Shown piece after piece: positions 29,289 through 34,772 of a DNA stretch of 34,772 nt. Under the pieces are notes generated by a model. The model did not search any database, was not told the origin of the DNA, and worked only from the letters and a program-made list of their open reading frames with translations. This DNA is from an uncultured Actinomycetota bacterium. Lineage in GTDB: Bacteria; Actinomycetota; Actinomycetes; Mycobacteriales; Geodermatophilaceae. The stretch is from the NCBI GenBank assembly GCA_963766765.1, contig CAVYBR010000006.1, forward strand, positions 1 through 34,772, written 5' to 3'. Each line of letters begins with the position of its first letter. The stretch's first letter is position 1. Both the position numbers and the translations under genes were made by a program.

Positions 29289-30708
29289 GCATCGGTCGCT
29301 GTCACGGCCGCCTCGTGGTGGTAGCGCGCCAGCTGTTCGGCGCTGACGCGTTTCAGCTCGGCTGCCGGGAACGGCGCCAGGAGTTGCCAGCCCACCTCGA
29401 GGGTGTCGGTCAGAGTACGGCGGGCTGGTCCTTGGTCGAGGTAGGTGCGTTCGAAGGCGGCGGCGAAGGCCAGGTAGCGGCGGTCCTCTGTGGGCAGTCC
29501 GCTCTCGCCGACGATCGACATCAGCCGGCGGACCTCGCGGCCGCGGGCGTAGCAGGCGTACAGCTGGTCGGCCAGGCCGCGGTGGTCGTCGCGGGTCTTG
29601 CCGGCGCCGATGCCTGCATTCATCAGCCGCGACAGTGACGGCAGTACGTCGATCGGTGGCTGGATGCCTTGCCGGTCGAGTTCACGCGACAGCACGATCT
29701 GGCCTTCGGTGATGTAGCCGGTGAGGTCCGGGATCGGGTGGGTGATGTCGTCGTCGGGCATGGTGAGGATCATCAGTTGGGTCAGCGATCCGGTGCCGCC
29801 GCGGACTCGGCCGGCCCGTTCGTACAGCGAGGCCAGGTCGGTGTACATGTAGCCGGGGTAGCCGCGGCGGCCCGGCATCTCCTCCCGGGCGGCGGAGATC
29901 TCGCGCAGCGCTTCGCAGTAGGCGGTCATGTCGGTCATCACGACCAGGACGTGCCGGTGCTGTTCGAAGGCCAGGTATTCGGCCATGGTGAGCGCGACCC
30001 GCGGTGTCAGCAGCCGTTCGATGGTGGGGTCGTCGGCCAGGTTCAGCAGCAGGACGCTGCGCGCGGCGGCGCCACCGGTCGAGGAACTCGGTGCGGAAGA
30101 ACTCCGCCTCCCGGCGGGTGACGCCCATGGCGGCGAAGATGACCACGACCTCGGCGTCGTCGCCGGGCACGCGTGCCTGCGCGGCGATCCGGGCGGCGAG
30201 GCTGTTCGCGGGCAGCCCGGCGCCGGAGAAGATCGGCAGCTTCTGGCCCCGGACGAGCGTGATGAGTCCGTCGATCGCCGAGACACCGGTTTCGATGAAC
30301 TGGTCGGGGTGGGCGCGGGTGATCGGGTTGAGCGGCAGGCCGTTGACGTGGCGGTAGTCGTCCGGGACGGGTTGCGGGCCGCCGTCGCGTGGCCTGCCGG
30401 CTCCGTCGAGGACGCGGCCGAAGTAGTCGGTGCCGACGCCGGTCCTGGCGGCGCGGCCACGGGTGAGTACGGAGGTTTCGCGGCGACCGATGCCGACGGT
30501 TCCACCGAAGACCTGGACGATCGCCAGTCGACCCGTCGAGCTCGAGCACCTGGCCTTCCCGGACCGGCCCGTCGCCGGTTTCGACCTCGACCAGTTCGCC
30601 GTACCCGACGCCGTCCATCCCGTCCACGATGATGAGCGGCCCGGCGACCCGGGTCACGGTGCGGTGCCCGACGGTGAAGGGCGGCTTGGGAGCTTCGGTG
30701 GTGGTCAC
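29285..30708 (-). pseudogene. atpB: A/V-type ATP synthase subunit B with at least 3 frameshifts.
   Basis: The GTG start overlaps the subunit A stop (GTGA). The N-terminal [60 protein letters not shown] is in ORF 30043..30810. ...[26 protein letters not shown]... is in ORF 29682..30170. ...[83 protein letters not shown]...[38 protein letters not shown]... is in ORF 29285..30505. Confidence 0.75.
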
Positions 30709-32508
30709 AGCGAGCTCATTTCTTCGGCGATCCGCTGGGTCAGGCGGCGTGGCGGAGTCGTCGACGTTGTCGGGGGGCCAGCGGCGCATCCGGCCGAGTT
30801 CGGCCAGCACGCTCGCGGCGGTGATGTCGGTGATGGCGACGCCGCGCTGGAGCGCCGACGCTCATCGCGGCGCCGGCCTCGTGGACGACGCGCAGCATGG
30901 CCAGCAGCCGTGGTGGTGGACAGGACGCGTCGAGGTCGTCGAACGAGGACTGTTGAAGCAGGTCTTCTCGCAGGGCTTGCCCGATGCGCAGGGTGATCCG
31001 TTGTTCGGCGGCCAGCGCTTCGACGCCGAGCAGGGACACCACTTCCTGCAGGGCGCCTTCGTCTTGCAGGGCTGCCGCCGCCCAGCGGCGCAGCGGCGAC
31101 CAGTCCGGGCCGATCTCCCGGTCGAACCATGCGTCCAGGCCGTACTGCGAGAAGCTGCGCAGCCAGTTCACCGCAGGGAAGTGACGCTGCCGGGACAGGG
31201 CGGTGTCGAGCGCCCAGAAGCAGCCCGCGAGCCGCAGGCTGTTCTGGGTGATGGGCTCGGAGAAGTCACCGCCGGCCGGTGAGACGGCGCCGACGATCGT
31301 CACCGACCCGGTGCGTTCCGGCGTGCCGAGGCATTGGACCGCGCCGGCCCGTTCGTAGAAGCCGGCCAGACGGGTGGCCAGGTAGGCGGGGTAGCCGTCC
31401 TCGGCGGGCATCTCCTCCAGCCGGCTCGACACCTCGCGCAGGGCCTCGCCCCAGCGGCTGGTCGAGTCGGCCATCATGGCGACGTCGTAGCCCTGGTCGC
31501 GGTAGTACTCCGCGATCGTGATCCCGCTGTAGATGCTGGCCTCGCGGGCCGCGACCGGCATGTTGGACGTGTTCGCGATCAGCACGGTGCGTTCCATCAG
31601 CGGGGCGCCGGTGCGCGGATCGGTCAGCTGAGGGAACTCCTCGAGCACCTCGGTCAGTTCGTTGCCGCGCTCGCCGCAGCCGACGTAGACGACGATGTCG
31701 GCGGTCGAGAACTTCGCCAGGGCCTGTTCCAGCACGGTCTTGCCGGTCCCGAAACCGCCCGGGATGATGGCGCTGCCGCCGCGGGCGACCGGGAAGAGCA
31801 GGTCGAGGACCCGCTGGCCGGTGACCAGCGGCACGGTGAGCGGCAGCCGGCTCGCGACCGGGCGAGCGCGGCGTAGCGGCCAGCGACGCATCATCGTCAC
31901 CGGGTGCCCGTCGATGTCGACGACAGGATCGAGGACGGTGGCCGGTCCGGGGCGGACCGCGGTGACGACGCCGGCCTGATCCGGCCGGCACCAGGATCCG
32001 GTGCTCGATGGCGCGTCCCTCCGGAACCGATCCGAGCAGGTCGCCGGGTCCGACCCGGTCCCCGACCTCGACGGCGGGCCGGAAGTCCCACCGGCGGTCG
32101 CGGTCGAGCCGCGGCGGGTCGGCACCCTCTGGCGATGTACAGGTTGCCGTCCGTGCTCAGGTTCTCCAGCGGTCGCTGGGTGCCGTCGAGGATGCCGCCG
32201 AGCAGCCCGGGGCCGAGCTCGGCGTACAGCGGTTCGCCGGTCGCCTCGACCGGTTCGCCGACCCGCAGTCCGGTGGTGTCTTCGAAGACCTGCATCACCA
32301 CCAGGTCGCCGTCGATCTTGATGACCTCACCCAGGAGCCGTTCGGCGCCGACCCGCACCACGTCGAACAGGCGGGTGTGGGGCAGGTCGGTGGCGCTGAC
32401 CACCGGGCCCGGAGATCTTGACCACCCGGCCGGTGTCGGTCGGTCACCTGCCTGGCCGGTCCGGCGTCCCCGGCTGGCTGGCTCGGTGCGTGGTCTGGTC
32501 GTGGTCAT
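30705..32508 (-). pseudogene. atpA: A/V-type ATP synthase catalytic subunit A, with multiple frameshifts.
   Basis: ATG at 32508 preceded by GGAGG. N-terminal ...[82 protein letters not shown] is in ORF 31897..32508. The core [69 protein letters not shown]...[68 protein letters not shown]...[26 protein letters not shown]... is in ORF 30740..32125. The C-terminal ...[12 protein letters not shown] is in ORF 30705..31130. Confidence 0.75.
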
Positions 32509-32848
32509 GGCGTGCCTCCGCTGGGGGTGAAGGTGATCTGGTAGCCGATCGCGCGGGCCAGCAGGTCACGCAGCGCGGCGTCTCGGCCGCGGAGACGTCG
32601 CCGTCCTCGTCGGGGAGGCTGAGGATGAGCGGGGTGGTCTGCCTGGTCCAGGTCGCGCGGACCTGCGGTGGGACGAGCGGACCAGAGGGCCCCGTGGACG
32701 GCGATGACCGCGGCCTGGCCGTCCGCGATCGCTGTGGTCGACTGCGGCGACGGTCTCGTCCGCGTCGACGGCGGTGACGGTCCGTGCGCCGCCGAGGCGG
32801 AAGCCCGATGGCGGTCGCGGGGGTGGCGACGACGAGTGCGTCGGTCAT
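32505..32848 (-). pseudogene. A/V-type ATPase subunit F, frameshifted.
   Basis: ATG at 32848 preceded by AGGAAGG. N-terminal MTDALVVATPATAIG resembles the subunit F start (M.IAVIGD.DT..GF). The C-terminal ...LRDLLARAIGYQITFTPSGG ends 3 nt before the subunit A start. Confidence 0.4.
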
Positions 32849-32877
32849 GGCTGGTCCTTCCTGGCCGGCGTCCGTGC

Positions 32878-33895
32878 TCATCGCGACGAGCAGGTCTCGT
32901 GACGTCGTGAGCCGGGAGCGGTGCCGGCGAGCAGGAGCCGGACGGTGCGCGCCTCGCACTCGGCGGCGAGGACGTAGCCGACCGGCACGTCGGCGCCGAG
33001 GGGGTCGCCGCGGCGCAGCCCGCGCACCGCTTGGCGCCACAGCGCCGACGTCCAGGTCCCATTCGAGCGCGGCGAGGTCTCCGTCGCGGAGGTGCCGTTC
33101 GAGGGCTGCTCGCCAGCTGGGGCGCGCGGCCACGAGCGGGCTGCGGATCGCCGCGCCGGGCGGCCAGCAACGCCGGCTCGGGTGACCAGCCCGGCGGGGA
33201 GCAGCCGCGGCGTCTCCAGCGCCGGGTCGCGCAGTACGGCGAGCAGGTTGGCCCGGTCGCACTCGGCCTGGACCAGCTCCAGGACCGGGCGGGCGGCCCG
33301 GCCGACCCGTTCCAGCCGGTCGGTCCAGCCGTCGATGGCGGCCGCCGCGACCGTGGTCTCGAACTCGTCCGGGTCGCCGTTCAGCTCATACCGTTCCCAG
33401 GCCGCCGGCAGCGCCCGGGCGGTCAGCGGGTCCGGGAGCCGGTGGGCCGCCAGCCGCAGGACAGCCGTCGCGCCGTCAGGCGCTGCGGCGATGTCGGCGG
33501 CGGCTCGCTGGTCGAGCGCACCGACACCCATCACCGCGGCGAGCCGGTCCGGCGCCGGCTGCCCGGTGCGTGCGCCGCGCAGCAGCGCAAGCGTGTCGTG
33601 CAGGTCGTGCCGGGCCAGCAGTACCCCGACCACGGTGCCGGCGATGCCGCCGTACAGTCCCCGCACTCCGCGCAGCAGGTCGCGCAGCCGGCGCCCGACC
33701 GCGTCGAGGAGCCGGTCGTCGTCCGCCTGGTCGCGGTTCAGGTAGGGGCGGTAGGTCGACGACGCGCGAGCCGTTCGGCGGCCGCGCTCGCGGGAGAGTC
33801 CGGCGAGCTGGTCGTAGTCGACAGGGCCGAGCAGGGCGGGCAGCCGCGCGCGCAGCCGGGTGTTGCCGGCGATGAAGTCGGGCGCGGGGCGTCAT
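32878..33895 (-). pseudogene. A/V-type ATPase subunit C (d-type, about 339 aa) with a frameshift immediately after the start codon and another near the C-terminus.
   Basis: The ATG overlaps the subunit E stop (ATGA). A +1 frame gives ...DFIAGNTRLRARLPALLGPVDYDQLAGLSRE...TYRPYLNRDQADDDRLLDAVGRRLRDLLRGVRGLYGGIAGTVVGVLLARHDL..., continuing into ORF 32878..33666. Size and position between E and F fit subunit C. Confidence 0.45.
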
Positions 33896-34458
33896 GAGTC
33901 CTGATCCCAGGAACGGCTCAGTTCGGCGCGGATCTCCGGCCAGATGTTCGCCAGCCGGGTGAGGTAGGTGTTGTCGACGTAGCGGCCTTGGTCGTCCTCG
34001 GCGATGGCGCCGCCGTGTTCGAGGTCGGCGACGATCTGGACCGTGGCTTCGGGCCTCAGCGTCGCGGCGTCGGCTGGGTGAACGTGGACTGTCGTGGCCT
34101 GCGGCAGCGCCGTGACAGCTTCGGCCAGGCAGGCGGCTGCCATTGCCGGGCCGTCCGGGCTGCCGGGCAGCGGCGAGCAGTTGCTCGCGTACCTGTGTCG
34201 AGGACCTCCTCCAGCGCGTCGTCGCGCGCGGTCCGGACGGCCCGACGGGCACTTGAACCGCGCGGTGATCAGCAGATTCTCCGCCTCCTGCCGGGCTGCG
34301 GTTTCGGCCGCTGTCACGACGTCGGCGTGGATCTTCGCTGCCCGTTCGTGCGCCTCGGCGAGAAGCTGAGCTGCCTGCCGGCGCCTGTCCTGCTGGGCCT
34401 TCTCGTGCTCGGCTGCTCCTTCTTCCTCCAGTGCGGTGAGCAGATCGCGCAGCGCCAT
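33892..34458 (-). CDS. A/V-type ATPase subunit E. The central segment is possibly corrupted by compensating frameshifts.
   Basis: 188-aa ORF. N-terminal helical MALRDLLTALEEEGAAEHEKAQQDRRRQAAQLLAEAHERAAKIHADVV... and C-terminal ...HGGAIAEDDQGRYVDNTYLTRLANIWPEIRAELS fit subunit E. Residues about 70-115 are junk-like. Confidence 0.5.
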   Translation of the reverse strand: MALRDLLTALEEEGAAEHEKAQQDRRRQAAQLLAEAHERAAKIHADVVTAAETAARQEAENLLITARFKCPSGRPDRARRRAGGGPRHRYASNCSPLPGSPDGPAMAAACLAEAVTALPQATTVHVHPADAATLRPEATVQIVADLEHGGAIAEDDQGRYVDNTYLTRLANIWPEIRAELSRSWDQDS

Positions 34459-34772
34459 CAGTTGCCGCCGAGCAGCAGGATGATCATCGCCGCGACCGCG
34501 AACCCGAGGATGACCAGTGTCTCCGGGATGGCGACGAGCAGGATCGCGCGGCCGGTCAGTTCTGGCTTCTCCGCTACCGCGCCCATGGCTGCGGCGCCGA
34601 TGCGCGCCTGGGCGTAGCCGGCGGTCTCGACGTTGGCGTAGCGGTCCTGGGCGTCGCGGAGCGTGGGACCGCTTGCCGAACAGGGCGTCGGCCTCGTCGA
34701 AGAGGGGCAGGACGCCGTTAGCCGCTGGGCCTCGGCGAAGATCCTGTCGAGGTTCTTCTCGGTCTCACCCAC
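34458..34772 (-). pseudogene. A/V-type ATPase proteolipid subunit K (c-ring), 3' part. It is frameshifted and the 5' end lies beyond the window.
   Basis: C-terminal ...GYAQARIGAAAMGAVAEKPELTGRAILLVAIPETLVILGFAVAAMIILLLGGN is a typical proteolipid helix pair. The N-terminal part of the ORF is out of frame. The stop overlaps the subunit E start. Confidence 0.55.

Noticed and set aside
28072-29292. A single 406-aa protein as given by the ORF track.
   Set aside because: Only its central part is TerC-like. The N-terminal and C-terminal TerC blocks are in other frames, so the long ORF is a chimera of coding and junk sequence.
29285-30505. A single 406-aa ORF as an intact gene.
   Set aside because: Only its second half is the V-ATPase B subunit. 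The first half is out-of-frame Ser/Pro/Thr-rich junk, and the real N-terminal part lies in ORFs 30043..30810 and 29682..30170.
1-34772. CRISPR arrays or rRNA genes.
   Set aside because: There are no regularly spaced direct repeats and no rRNA-like conserved segments anywhere in the window.

Overview
This is a high-GC (about 70%) actinobacterial chromosomal segment. The left third (about 1-13 kb) looks like a decayed accessory region. It holds an EcsC-like gene, an IS481/Mu-type transposase C-terminal remnant next to a tRNA 3' fragment, and a frameshifted SRAP (YedK-like) gene. It also holds several small hypothetical membrane or secreted proteins, a frameshifted IS1380-like transposase remnant, and a lower-GC islet of about 3 kb (8.7-11.6 kb). 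That islet encodes a 501-aa protein with a C-terminal HEPN-like R-x4-H nuclease motif plus a multi-TM coiled-coil protein. I consider this islet the most likely candidate for an undescribed defence or toxin module. The right two thirds carry recognisable housekeeping and transport genes. These are a transaldolase, a PucR-type regulator, a tandem universal stress protein, the pyruvate dehydrogenase E1 gene aceE, and an apparently intact IS630-family insertion sequence at the aceE 3' end. Further right are an NAD-dependent epimerase, an SPFH/stomatin gene, an MsiK-like sugar ABC ATPase, TerC, and an A/V-type ATPase operon in the order K-E-C-F-A-B on the minus strand. Most of these genes are interrupted by one or more frameshifts or internal stops. 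Only a few long ORFs are intact: aceE core, msiK, the IS630 transposase, the HEPN-like gene and EcsC. This indicates either genuine widespread pseudogenisation or indel-type sequencing errors. I found no CRISPR array or rRNA, and the only tRNA-like element is a partial 3' fragment.
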